In this document: positions 1 through 9,208 of the stretch, one piece after another
How positions within the stretch are numbered: position 1 is the first letter of the stretch
Layout: each line of letters begins with the position of its first letter
Assembly: GCA_004764695.1 (NCBI GenBank)
Contig: SMSO01000035.1
Span: 1,984,001-2,048,000 of the forward strand
Source of the DNA: Schizochytrium sp. TIO01
Lineage: Eukaryota > Protista > Bigyra: Labyrinthulomycetes
Direction of reading: 5' to 3'
DNA: 64,000 nucleotides
Notes under the pieces: generated by a model
The model's database searches: none
What the model was told of the DNA's origin: nothing
What the model saw: the letters and a program-made list of their open reading frames with translations, nothing else
Position numbers and translations under genes: made by a program

Positions 1-884
1 AGGACAACAGTAACAACAAGAATAAAAAACCCAATCCGCCATGACGTGTATTCAAGAACTTCCCACATGGGTCCTTCAGCGTAAAAGAAGGCAGAAGGGT
101 ACTTGCAAAAGCAAGATAGCCAAAACACATAATATGATACCAGTACTTCACAGAAACTAAAAATAAATGAACTTTGTTTGATCTTTTCGATACTATAGCA
201 TTTCCACCTTCTTCTTTCCTAGGAAAGAGTTGCGATCTGATGGTGAGATCACTGATCTCACCATGCCTAGAATTCTCAAAGACATTGTGTCTGTAAATTC
301 AGCCTTTTGTGAGCTCTCGATAGGTAGATGGGAAAACGCTTCTTGTGGTTTTTGATGTTTGTTTTGTTTTGTTTAGTCTAAATTAAATTCTTCTTTTGAA
401 CAAGAAGTCAAGCCTCTTCCAGAAGACTTGGTAATGCTGGGTTTCAACATTGGCAAGTTGCTGTCCATGGAAATTGACTGAGTTGTACTGTAAAAAAATT
501 ATAATAGTAGGAACGTAACAGGTACTAAAGCTCTGAACCAGACACTTTGTACTGTGCAATACCCTCTATAATTTTTTAAGAATTCCATTTTTTTTTTTAA
601 GTACTTGTTTTCTAACGAGAATGCTGAGAGCATTTTGTTGATGACCTACATATTCTGGGTATTTTGAAACCATAAAGGAATTGCATCGTTGTTTAAAACA
701 GATAAAATGGCGCTATACTTTTGATAGAACACGGTGAGTACGTCAAAATTGTATGAAATGCGTTTTTAAATTGTTCATTTCTTGGATGAGAAATATTGGC
801 ATCTAACGATTCGTAGTACTTGAATAGAAACTCATTTTTAAAACAAAGGTAAGAACCATACAAAACAAGAACATTGTTTAAATC

Positions 885-2327
885 TCATTTCTTCTTCTTT
901 TTGGCACCAGCTTTGCCTTTACCCTTGCCCTTGCCTTTGCCCTTCTTTTTCTTCTTGAGTTTCTTTCGGCATTGATTACCTCGAAAAAGAGCCTGGATAC
1001 GAGCTGCTGCATCATGGTCACGTTTTTTCAAAGCCTCGATTGCAGCAAGCTCCTCCGCAATAATACGATCTTCCTCTGCCTCATTTGCTAAATCTCGATC
1101 AACCTTGCGAAAGTGTTCTTCTAATATAGCAAGCCTTGCAGCTTCGTCGACATATCGTTCTTTCATTAGATCGTATTGTGCACGTTTTTCGAGCATTGCT
1201 ATATCGAAAGAATCAATCAATGTATTCACCTCAGTTGTGGCTCGAATCAGCTTCTTGCGCAAATTATCCTCCAAATCTGTATGTCCATTACACTCTTGTA
1301 AAAATGCATCACTAGCTTTATCAAAGGACTCCAGGGCAATTTTGTTTCGCTGCAAGAAATTTTCTTGAATTGACTGTTTCTCTTCAGTTTGGAAGGTTCC
1401 GATCTCTCCCATCTCCCGGTCATAACTACTGCGCACTTCTTGAATAGCGTGCCAAAGTTTTGTTTCTGCTTGCTTCTTGGAGATTAATTCCTTCTCGCGA
1501 ACCGCTTCCGCTTCGAGATCAGTTTTAATCATGACAAGATCTTCTTCCATCTCTCGAATACGAACATTGAGTTCTTGGAAAAAATCGGCGCGTGCTTGTT
1601 TTTGCTCCACAGTTGTTGACAACTGATCAAGCATATTTTCACGAAAGGCCCGCAACGTTCGTCGCAACAAAGTGAGCGAGTATTCCTTACGAATGGCACC
1701 AACATTGCCGCCTCGGCTGGGTGCTCGCTCAAAGTTATATGGTTGCTTTTCTTCAGAATATTTTGCCTCGTTATTTCTTTCGTCTGTCGAACTTCGAAAG
1801 CTGCCAAAACTTTTCCTCCTACTGCTTGTATCACTGCCGTCAAAGCTATCGCTATTGTTTTGAGGAAAATGATCAAAACTCTCGTGGCTCTCGTGTCGTT
1901 TTGATTCTGATTCTTTATGTTCTAAACCTTCCCGATCCTCTTCGTCGTCATCATCTACATTGTCTACAAGACCAGCGCGCTCTAAAGATTTTAGTACACC
2001 AGGATTCCTACGTACACTTCGACAAACTTGCCTGGTTGCTTCGTGAAGCGCTTCGACTGCCAAATCGGCCTGCTCGCGCGCGTTTGCACGCTTTGCCTTC
2101 AAGTACCGGGACTCTGCAGTTTGCAATGCTTCAAGGTGTGCCAGCGCCTCATAATATTCATTTCTCTCTAAATTTGCTCGAGCTTTGTCCCAATGCCGCT
2201 CCGCATCAGCAAGCTTGTTACCCGCTACGCCTGACGGTGGGAGCTCTAGTACTATATCGAGCGAGACGAGAGAGTCATCCAAGACAGCAATGACTCTCGA
2301 TGCCTCGCCCTTGATGAGCTTATTCAT
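885..2327 (-). CDS. DRC10: Dynein regulatory complex subunit 10 (IQCD-like): coiled coil, C-terminal IQ motif, Lys/Gly tail
   Basis: 480-aa ORF with ATG at 2327. N-terminal EASRVIAVLDDSL, long coiled coil, IQ motif AAARIQALFRGNQCRK and KKKKKGKGKGKGK tail match the IQCD/DRC10 architecture. Confidence 0.8.
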   Translation of the reverse strand: MNKLIKGEASRVIAVLDDSLVSLDIVLELPPSGVAGNKLADAERHWDKARANLERNEYYEALAHLEALQTAESRYLKAKRANAREQADLAVEALHEATRQVCRSVRRNPGVLKSLERAGLVDNVDDDDEEDREGLEHKESESKRHESHESFDHFPQNNSDSFDGSDTSSRRKSFGSFRSSTDERNNEAKYSEEKQPYNFERAPSRGGNVGAIRKEYSLTLLRRTLRAFRENMLDQLSTTVEQKQARADFFQELNVRIREMEEDLVMIKTDLEAEAVREKELISKKQAETKLWHAIQEVRSSYDREMGEIGTFQTEEKQSIQENFLQRNKIALESFDKASDAFLQECNGHTDLEDNLRKKLIRATTEVNTLIDSFDIAMLEKRAQYDLMKERYVDEAARLAILEEHFRKVDRDLANEAEEDRIIAEELAAIEALKKRDHDAAARIQALFRGNQCRKKLKKKKKGKGKGKGKGKAGAKKKKK

Positions 2328-3306
2328 CCCGCTGTTCCTGCGTCAAAATGTATCTCAACACAATTTCGTAATTGGGGTCTACCAAGGTCCAAGAGTAGAT
2401 TCCACGTTCTTTACATCTACGCACCCGCGAAATCCTCTCGAACTGAAAGTAGCCCAACGAATGCAAGGCCCAGCGTGCTTTGCACTTGCGTCTATTTGAG
2501 GTGGTTCTTCTCGCACCAGCGCTTCAACAAGCACTTTTAAAGAAGGGTGCCGCTGATGTCGCAGCCGTTGTTTGTGTGAAGTTCCTATTGAGCCTACGGT
2601 GGATCGAAATCTCGGGCGTTCTCGAAAACAGTTGAAACCCAATGTGTTTTCTGTGAAGGCAAATATAATCTATAAGATAAGGGTGCCTGTGGATAGATCC
2701 GTTGGTCATTTAAATAGACAGAAAGAACCTTTTGAAAGCTAATGACAGGAGGCGTTATCGAACTCAGAGGAGTAATTTGAAGAGAGTTTAAGGACAAGTG
2801 AAGGCAAGAGCTGATTCTTGTCGAAAGCAGGGGGCGAAGGAAACTAAGAGCTCTGTCTCAATTTGTTATCCTCAACCAAATTGCTCTGTTTTATTAGAGT
2901 ATTACCACAAAGAAAAAAAAAAGAAGAAAAACAGCACCCTCTACTCCGCAGCATACCTTGGTAACACACAAGTTAAAATCAAGAATTAGTAGAAGCGCTC
3001 AAATCATTGAACAATAGAGAATCAAGCTAGCGAGACAGCTGCGCTGGGAACGATACCTTGCTGCGTGCGTCTTGCATATTTGCATCGCACCGACAATCTG
3101 AATACCAAAACTTTGAAGCTTTCGCTCTGGTAGACCATCCGCTCGTTTATTTCATAATAAAATAAGGAAGTGATTTGCAAGACGCCGGAAAAGCTTGCAA
3201 TCGTGTAATCAGTAAGCGAGATAAGCAGGTGGCTGTACACGTACGCGAGAAGGTGCATAGCATACAAACGCAGGACGTATTTTTAAAGAGCTAGTTGCCA
3301 AGAGAA

Positions 3307-4263
3307 ATGTCCAAGACTCCATGCCATCTTGTTATTGCTGGACGTGTTGATGATGTGTGCTTCCATGCAGCCAAGCATATTGGCAAGGCACTTGCAGCGG
3401 ATCAAGGTAACGTCAAGTGCGAAGTCCTGCCTATGTTCTGCACAGACTTTGAAGACTTTGTTTACTCAAAATCCCAAGAATTGGATATTGAACATGATTC
3501 ATCTCCAATCATATTTTACAATAAGGTTCATTACATCGGTGGACTGCAGGAGCTTGCAAGCTGGGCTTCTAAGGTCTACGACTTTGAGCCCGATACAGAG
3601 ACTGAACACTACTATCGAGCTGCACGCGACGGACTTCAAAATTTAATCCAAAGTTCCGGTCACAGCTTTTGCTATTTGGACATTGTAGTAAGCGAAGAGC
3701 CAGATGCTGTCGAGCAACAACATGAATGCAAAGAATGCAAAGATGATGCTGCAAATAAAAATTCGGCTTCTAAAGTCGTACGAGAAAGAGTCCTAATCGA
3801 GCTCTACGATGACATTTGCCCTGACACGTGTGAAAACTTCATGCTACTTTGTAGCAACAAGTGCGAAAAAGGTGGCTACCAAGGCACCTCGTTTCACCGA
3901 GTTGTTGAAGGTGGATGGGTCCAAGGTGGTGATATTGTTGACAGCTCAGGAAAGCATAGCGAAGCTGCGATTTGTGAAGGCCCTACCTTTCCAGATGAAA
4001 CATACGCTATCAAACACTCGGGCGTTGGAATAGTTTCCATGGCAAGCGAAGGTAAACCCCACACCAATGGCAGCCAGTTCTTTGTCACGCTTGCACCACT
4101 CCCATGGCTTGATTGCAAAAGAGTTGCTTTTGGGCGAGTTGTTTATGGAATGCCTGCTTTTCACGCCATTGAGCAAATGCCACGTAAAAACGAGAGGCCC
4201 ATGGGCACGTGTAAGATTGTCAAGTGTGGCGTATTTACAGAAAAGGACGTGCTCTTACCTTAA
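3307..4263 (+). CDS. PPIL6: PPIL6/RSP12-like cyclophilin (radial-spoke associated, probably catalytically impaired)
   Basis: C-terminal cyclophilin domain (IELYDDICPDTCENF, FHRVVEGGWVQGGD, HTNGSQFFVTL, WLDCKRVAFGRV) preceded by a PPIL6-type N-terminal domain (IAGRVDDVCFHAAK...YIGGLQELASWA). First ATG is at 3307; the track start is a TTG. Confidence 0.8.
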   Translation: MSKTPCHLVIAGRVDDVCFHAAKHIGKALAADQGNVKCEVLPMFCTDFEDFVYSKSQELDIEHDSSPIIFYNKVHYIGGLQELASWASKVYDFEPDTETEHYYRAARDGLQNLIQSSGHSFCYLDIVVSEEPDAVEQQHECKECKDDAANKNSASKVVRERVLIELYDDICPDTCENFMLLCSNKCEKGGYQGTSFHRVVEGGWVQGGDIVDSSGKHSEAAICEGPTFPDETYAIKHSGVGIVSMASEGKPHTNGSQFFVTLAPLPWLDCKRVAFGRVVYGMPAFHAIEQMPRKNERPMGTCKIVKCGVFTEKDVLLP

Positions 4264-4539
4264 CCTGTTTTGACTATCCACATATTCTCTTCGCAAATTT
4301 CCTTTTATTCTTCTGCAAAATTTAAAACTTTTCGAATAGTACAAACCAAGACCTGTCTGAAGTTCTACGTTTGAGAATTTACCCAAATAAAATGAGTAAG
4401 TCTACAATGAATTCATATTTTAAGCTTCAGGTCTCCTTAATGTATCTGAAATGCCCTACCCAAACCAGATCTGCAAAATTTGGCAGTATGCCATCCATAA
4501 GCGAGCACCTTCCACATTAATTCTTATTTTTACTTTTTT

Positions 4540-4566
4540 GGGGGGGGGGGGAGGGGGGAGGGGGGG
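4540..4566 (+). repeat. G-rich tract (G12-A-G6-A-G7), potential G-quadruplex
   Basis: Directly visible between the convergent 3' ends of PPIL6 and CATSPERG. Confidence 0.7.
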
Positions 4567-4694
4567 CTTGTTTTAGGATTTTTTTTAAATATACATAATC
4601 ATTTCTGAAAAAAAACAAATCTAAATCTAAATCACAGCAACGATATGAACTTTTTCTTAGTTCTTTTGCCTTTAACATTCGATGAAATACTTGA

Positions 4695-7600
4695 CTAATT
4701 CGCAAATGCTCGAGGCGGAGCTGTTTTACGCTTCAGTGTTTTGTTCTTTGCAATGATTGCTTTTAGGTCTTCATCATCATCTTCTTGAGCTTCGTCTGGA
4801 TCGTCGTCCTCGTCGTCATCATCGTCGTTATCGTCCATGTCATCTTCGTCATCTTCTAGATCGCTTGTGTCACCATCATCTTTGCGTTTACTCTTCGACT
4901 TTCTTCCTCGGCGTTTTCGATTTGATCCAGTACTTGATTCGCCATTACCAGAGCTTCCAATGCTAGACTCGTCTGAAGAACTGGAACCGTCGTCACTTAA
5001 ATTCAAGGTTGATTTAGTATATTGCGCCATACTAACATCTTGCACCTCTCGTAGGCGCCTATGCTGTCCGCGCTTTTGTTTGCGAGTGTACCAATACAAG
5101 AGTGGTATCATGCATGCACCAATAGTAAGTGCATTGGTAATGATGATTGCTTGAAGAGTGATCGGTAAATTGTGAATGCGAACAATAAATGTAGAGGAGA
5201 AATCACAATAGGAGTCGTTTGAAGTGGCGACCAAACGGAGTTTGAAGTAATACTCGGGAGGATATGGAAATGACGGCATTACACCTGCACAAGGACTTGT
5301 TGCCGCCATGCACAGCCAGCGAAGCCCATACGTTGATGAGCTTGAGCTTATGGAAAACGATGTCGAGGTTTTCATATCCCAGTCAGCTTGGTCATAATCT
5401 TCAATTGTATCGTATGTAAGGCCTCCGCCCACAGCCGTGATTTCTCCGTAACTTCCATCAACAATCTGCTCCGTTCCTGCGACGCTGTCGATAAGGCGAA
5501 AGCGGGGAGTAAAGGTATTATCGTAGAATACACAAATGTCTTCTTCATGCTCGGTGCAGCCTTGGTTTTCCCCATCCAGCGAGGCAGTGCGGTCAAATAC
5601 CAAGTTCCAATGTGGTGGACATCCGGAGTATATGTCAATGCGAGCTGGTTCACTGATCGATGTGGTGGTGACCAGGGCTCGAGGATCTGCTTCCGATCGG
5701 CAACCTTCGCTTAAACCCTGAACCCAAAATGAGGTTACTAACAAGTTTGCGCCAGGATAAGCATGCAATAAACCCGATGTGGAAGTGTCTGCTGGTAGTT
5801 TAAGCAAGTTGTCTACAATTTGCCAACTTCCGCGGTCTCGAAGCATAACCGTGTAATTAACAATTCCAGAGAGAGCATTTTCAGTACGAGTGAAGGAAAG
5901 TTCAATAAGTTCCTGGTTACTAAGCTCGAAACCAAGGCGGAGATCAGAAAGAACTTGAGCTTGACTAGTAATGTAGACATCAGAATTGACTGCAGCTTGT
6001 AGTAGCACCTGGAATGTGTAATTGTCGGAATGGTCCAGGAAAATCCGGTTCGGCACTTTGTTATAAAAGCCATTTTCTTGTTGAGCTAACGAAACATTGT
6101 CCGTTACTCCATTCCGATGGAGTAAAGAACGGGTGTATTCTACGTCATGGCTTGAAACAAAAAGTAAATCTTCAAGAAAGCATGTAGATGAGCTTGTATC
6201 GTAGTAGTCAGATATGTCTTTAACACGATCAAGTGAAACTCGAGTCGAAGCCGAAACTTGCCGTTTTATTCCTTCGACACCTATGACTTCTAAACCAACA
6301 ACCCGAAGATCGTAGGCTTCATCAAAGAAAATATCAAATGGGGGAGTTATTTTCAGAGTAGCTGTGAGATTGGTGTTTACGAGATAAATCGTATCAGATC
6401 CTGATTTTCCTAGCCAAATGCGAGCATTGTCAGTCAGAACAGCATACCAGCCATCGCTACTAGCTGTTAGCTTTTTAATAGGATCATTCTCAAAAGAAAA
6501 TGTGTCAGTATCGTTCTCGCCCAAATCCATCATACCATCAAACATAGAGCTTGACGCCTGGGCGATTTTCCAAAACGTATGACCAGAATTCTGGCTCATA
6601 AGCAACGTATTACCATAAGCATAAAGTTGCCGTGAGACGCGCGGTAGCACTTCAATACCTCTTAGTTGAAGCTCTACCGTGTCAGCAAGAGGCTTCGCAT
6701 TCTCAGCGAGAGGAAACAAGTGTTCCCCACGAGATGTAGAAAGAAACGGAATAGGCTCAAAGCGCGACGGGAAAGTGTAAGTTGCAAGCCAGCTCGTGTT
6801 TACATAACTCACTAAGCGCTGTGACATATTTCCATCTGAGTCTGTACAGTTTAGTAGTATGACAGCTGCACCTAGAGCATTTGGCTGGACCGTTCTGACA
6901 TCAACCATGATGGCCTCAGTATCGCTACCAAGAAAACCGGCTAGAGTCAAGCCAGCATCGTCCTTCACCTCTTGCAAAGTAAACCCAGCATCATCACTCG
7001 TGCCTTCTGTTGTACATGCGTCCTCGGTACCAACGCCTGCGAATAGAGTTGGCATTGTAAGGTTTTCAAAATCTTCGTAATCATATGCCTCGCCTTTATA
7101 AGACACAGTGAGGTTGGCTGAAAATGGAACAAAGAAAAACGAGCACGCACTAGAGCGGTCTACAGGGTCAAGCTGTGAAGACGCTACTACACGGCCACAA
7201 AGAGGTGCAAGCATGGTCCAGTCCTCCATAATGTTGTCATCCAACAGGTTAATATGCCCAACCTGGCGATAAGCCAATCCCCAAGTTGTTGGGGAAACAA
7301 ACATTGTTCCTAGTGACCAAACCTGTGGCTCCCAATAGCCTTGTATTCTGACGCAAGGGCCAGCATTGTTGCTGAGCTCCCCAGTGATCATTGTATCGAG
7401 GTACGTGTCCTCATTATCGACTTCTTCGTAGGCATCAATTACATCATGGCTAAGGTCCCACTCGTACTCATACTCTGAACGGGGGGTAGACAATGGATAT
7501 AGGCTGGCGAGATCAAGAGCAGTAAAACTCTGCTGGCCACGCTCTTGAAATGTATTGGTAGAAACTTCATAAAAGAGGTATTTAATCCCTGATAGAGTCC

Positions 7601-8405
7601 GTCGGTAACACGTGAGAAAAGCGAGCCAAGAAAAACCAGGAACAAAATGGATTTTTAGGTCCGTCCAAATATTGGCTGCTGTGATGTGTGAAGGTAAATG
7701 AGAATTAGAGTCCCCAGCCCAGGTGACCAAGTCCCTGTCCGCTACTCCTCGGGTTTCGCGAAGAGGTATTGTAGGGTTTTCGTCAGATATGTCCAAGAGT
7801 TCAAGAAGAGGAGTGCGAAGGACTACTCGGCTTGTGCAGATATCGATCCGTCCAGACATCTCCTGCCATGCTGTACTTGTAGTTAACATTACTGGAGAGT
7901 ACATGAGAGCCTGGTTTAAATTAAATATAAACTCCCAACCATCTTCTGGGTTATCAGCAACAGTTGGCTGGATTGATTTGCACCAATCACTTGCACCGCA
8001 TGTGTCATTGACAAAAATGGGGTCCACATCAACTGTTGGAACGATACCCATACCATATGCTTGTGTTGTTATTCGAGGATCACTTTCAAAGTATCCAGAA
8101 ATACCAAGCTTGCGCGTAATAGACCATGATAACCGAATGCGCGCAGCATCAGAGAAAATTTTGTCCGATTTGACGGCTGTGGACCGCACTACTGTTTCTT
8201 CAATGGTCTCGTCTTGATCCGACAGTACAGGTGCCAGTGTTGCAGTTACTTGCCATCGGAAGCTGCATGCATCTGTCGCTGTAACTAGCTGCGCAAGAGC
8301 TACAAGACCAATGCAGACGTAAGCTATCAACAGAACTTGAACCTTCCCACAAAGATGGTGCCGATGTGCTTTTAGACAGTTCCTTCGATAGTTCTTCGCA
8401 CGCAT
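4695..8405 (-). CDS. CATSPERG: CatSper channel auxiliary subunit gamma homologue (signal peptide, large ectodomain, single TM, charged cytoplasmic tail)
   Basis: C-terminal ectodomain motifs IYSGCPP, ICVFYDNTFTPRFRLIDSVAG, VGGGLTYDTIEDY, GLRWLC...PC...PEYYFK and SYCDFSSTFIVRIHNLP parallel, in order, animal CATSPERG motifs as I recall them (IGCPP, [64 protein letters not shown]), followed by a TM helix. The ATG at 8405 (MRAKNY) precedes a hydrophobic signal sequence. The frame is open to a TTG at 8636. Confidence 0.85.
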   Translation of the reverse strand: MRAKNYRRNCLKAHRHHLCGKVQVLLIAYVCIGLVALAQLVTATDACSFRWQVTATLAPVLSDQDETIEETVVRSTAVKSDKIFSDAARIRLSWSITRKLGISGYFESDPRITTQAYGMGIVPTVDVDPIFVNDTCGASDWCKSIQPTVADNPEDGWEFIFNLNQALMYSPVMLTTSTAWQEMSGRIDICTSRVVLRTPLLELLDISDENPTIPLRETRGVADRDLVTWAGDSNSHLPSHITAANIWTDLKIHFVPGFSWLAFLTCYRRTLSGIKYLFYEVSTNTFQERGQQSFTALDLASLYPLSTPRSEYEYEWDLSHDVIDAYEEVDNEDTYLDTMITGELSNNAGPCVRIQGYWEPQVWSLGTMFVSPTTWGLAYRQVGHINLLDDNIMEDWTMLAPLCGRVVASSQLDPVDRSSACSFFFVPFSANLTVSYKGEAYDYEDFENLTMPTLFAGVGTEDACTTEGTSDDAGFTLQEVKDDAGLTLAGFLGSDTEAIMVDVRTVQPNALGAAVILLNCTDSDGNMSQRLVSYVNTSWLATYTFPSRFEPIPFLSTSRGEHLFPLAENAKPLADTVELQLRGIEVLPRVSRQLYAYGNTLLMSQNSGHTFWKIAQASSSMFDGMMDLGENDTDTFSFENDPIKKLTASSDGWYAVLTDNARIWLGKSGSDTIYLVNTNLTATLKITPPFDIFFDEAYDLRVVGLEVIGVEGIKRQVSASTRVSLDRVKDISDYYDTSSSTCFLEDLLFVSSHDVEYTRSLLHRNGVTDNVSLAQQENGFYNKVPNRIFLDHSDNYTFQVLLQAAVNSDVYITSQAQVLSDLRLGFELSNQELIELSFTRTENALSGIVNYTVMLRDRGSWQIVDNLLKLPADTSTSGLLHAYPGANLLVTSFWVQGLSEGCRSEADPRALVTTTSISEPARIDIYSGCPPHWNLVFDRTASLDGENQGCTEHEEDICVFYDNTFTPRFRLIDSVAGTEQIVDGSYGEITAVGGGLTYDTIEDYDQADWDMKTSTSFSISSSSSTYGLRWLCMAATSPCAGVMPSFPYPPEYYFKLRLVATSNDSYCDFSSTFIVRIHNLPITLQAIIITNALTIGACMIPLLYWYTRKQKRGQHRRLREVQDVSMAQYTKSTLNLSDDGSSSSDESSIGSSGNGESSTGSNRKRRGRKSKSKRKDDGDTSDLEDDEDDMDDNDDDDDEDDDPDEAQEDDDEDLKAIIAKNKTLKRKTAPPRAFAN

Positions 8406-8632
8406 TACCAATCCCTTTTTACTGGATAACGTTGTTTCTCCCCTGAGACCTTGCCACCCAACAAGTTCTTTGACAGGGCAAAGGCTATTTCTGCGTCGCA
8501 AAAAACTCCCTGAAGGTCTACTACATTGCCGAAGCATCCTTTCTGCAGCTCCTTGGTCTTGCATAGACCAGAGCATCTTTGAGGGCAGGCTCTGACCAGA
8601 ACAAGGAGAGCTTGAGCCTTTCAGGTCCAGGC

Positions 8633-8662
8633 CCAATCACCGAGTTGGCAAAAGCTGATTGG
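8633..8662. promoter_or_regulatory. Inverted pair of CCAAT boxes upstream of CATSPERG
   Basis: CCAATCA at 8633-8639 and TGATTGG at 8656-8662, about 230 bp upstream of the inferred ATG. Confidence 0.4.
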
Positions 8663-9208
8663 TCAGAATGGGCTTGAAGGCTCCGCCCTCTAGTATTTAT
8701 GAACGCATCGATTGTAGTAATAGATAGTTTTCATCTTTCAACGGTCGAATTAATAGTCACACCTTCTTCTTATTTTTATTATTCTTTAACTTAAAATTTA
8801 AAGGAATAAACAGACTTTTCAATTTTAAAAAAATGGAAGCGCGTGCAAGACTCTGTCTGTACATGGGGGGGGACCTTTTCAATTCTCAAGAAGGAGGATT
8901 TCACACGTCCAAGGCAACTTCAAACAACCTTCGAGTTAGCAGGGAAAAAGGTGATTTATTAGGAAATCTATCCAGAGGAAAACATGGAAAAGATTTTAGT
9001 GTAGGTTTCTGAGAAGAGAGAGAAAGATCATTTTTCCATTGGGTACCATAAATATATCGAAATCGAGTTAATGCGGACCAGGTGATCTCATGACTTGAAA
9101 CTTAGGGATTGAACATCAGAAAAAGGATTAAAATGTTGACATGTTATGGGATATGTTATGAGATTAGTTTATATCAGGTGCTGGAAAGGCCACACCTTGG
9201 AACGGCTC

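Noticed and set aside
8406-8636. 77-aa N-terminal extension of CATSPERG from a TTG (and other TTG/GTG starts in the track)
   Set aside because: Eukaryotic context, the TTG overlaps a CCAAT box, and ATG 8405 places the signal peptide near the N-terminus. Upstream in-frame ATGs cannot be formally excluded.
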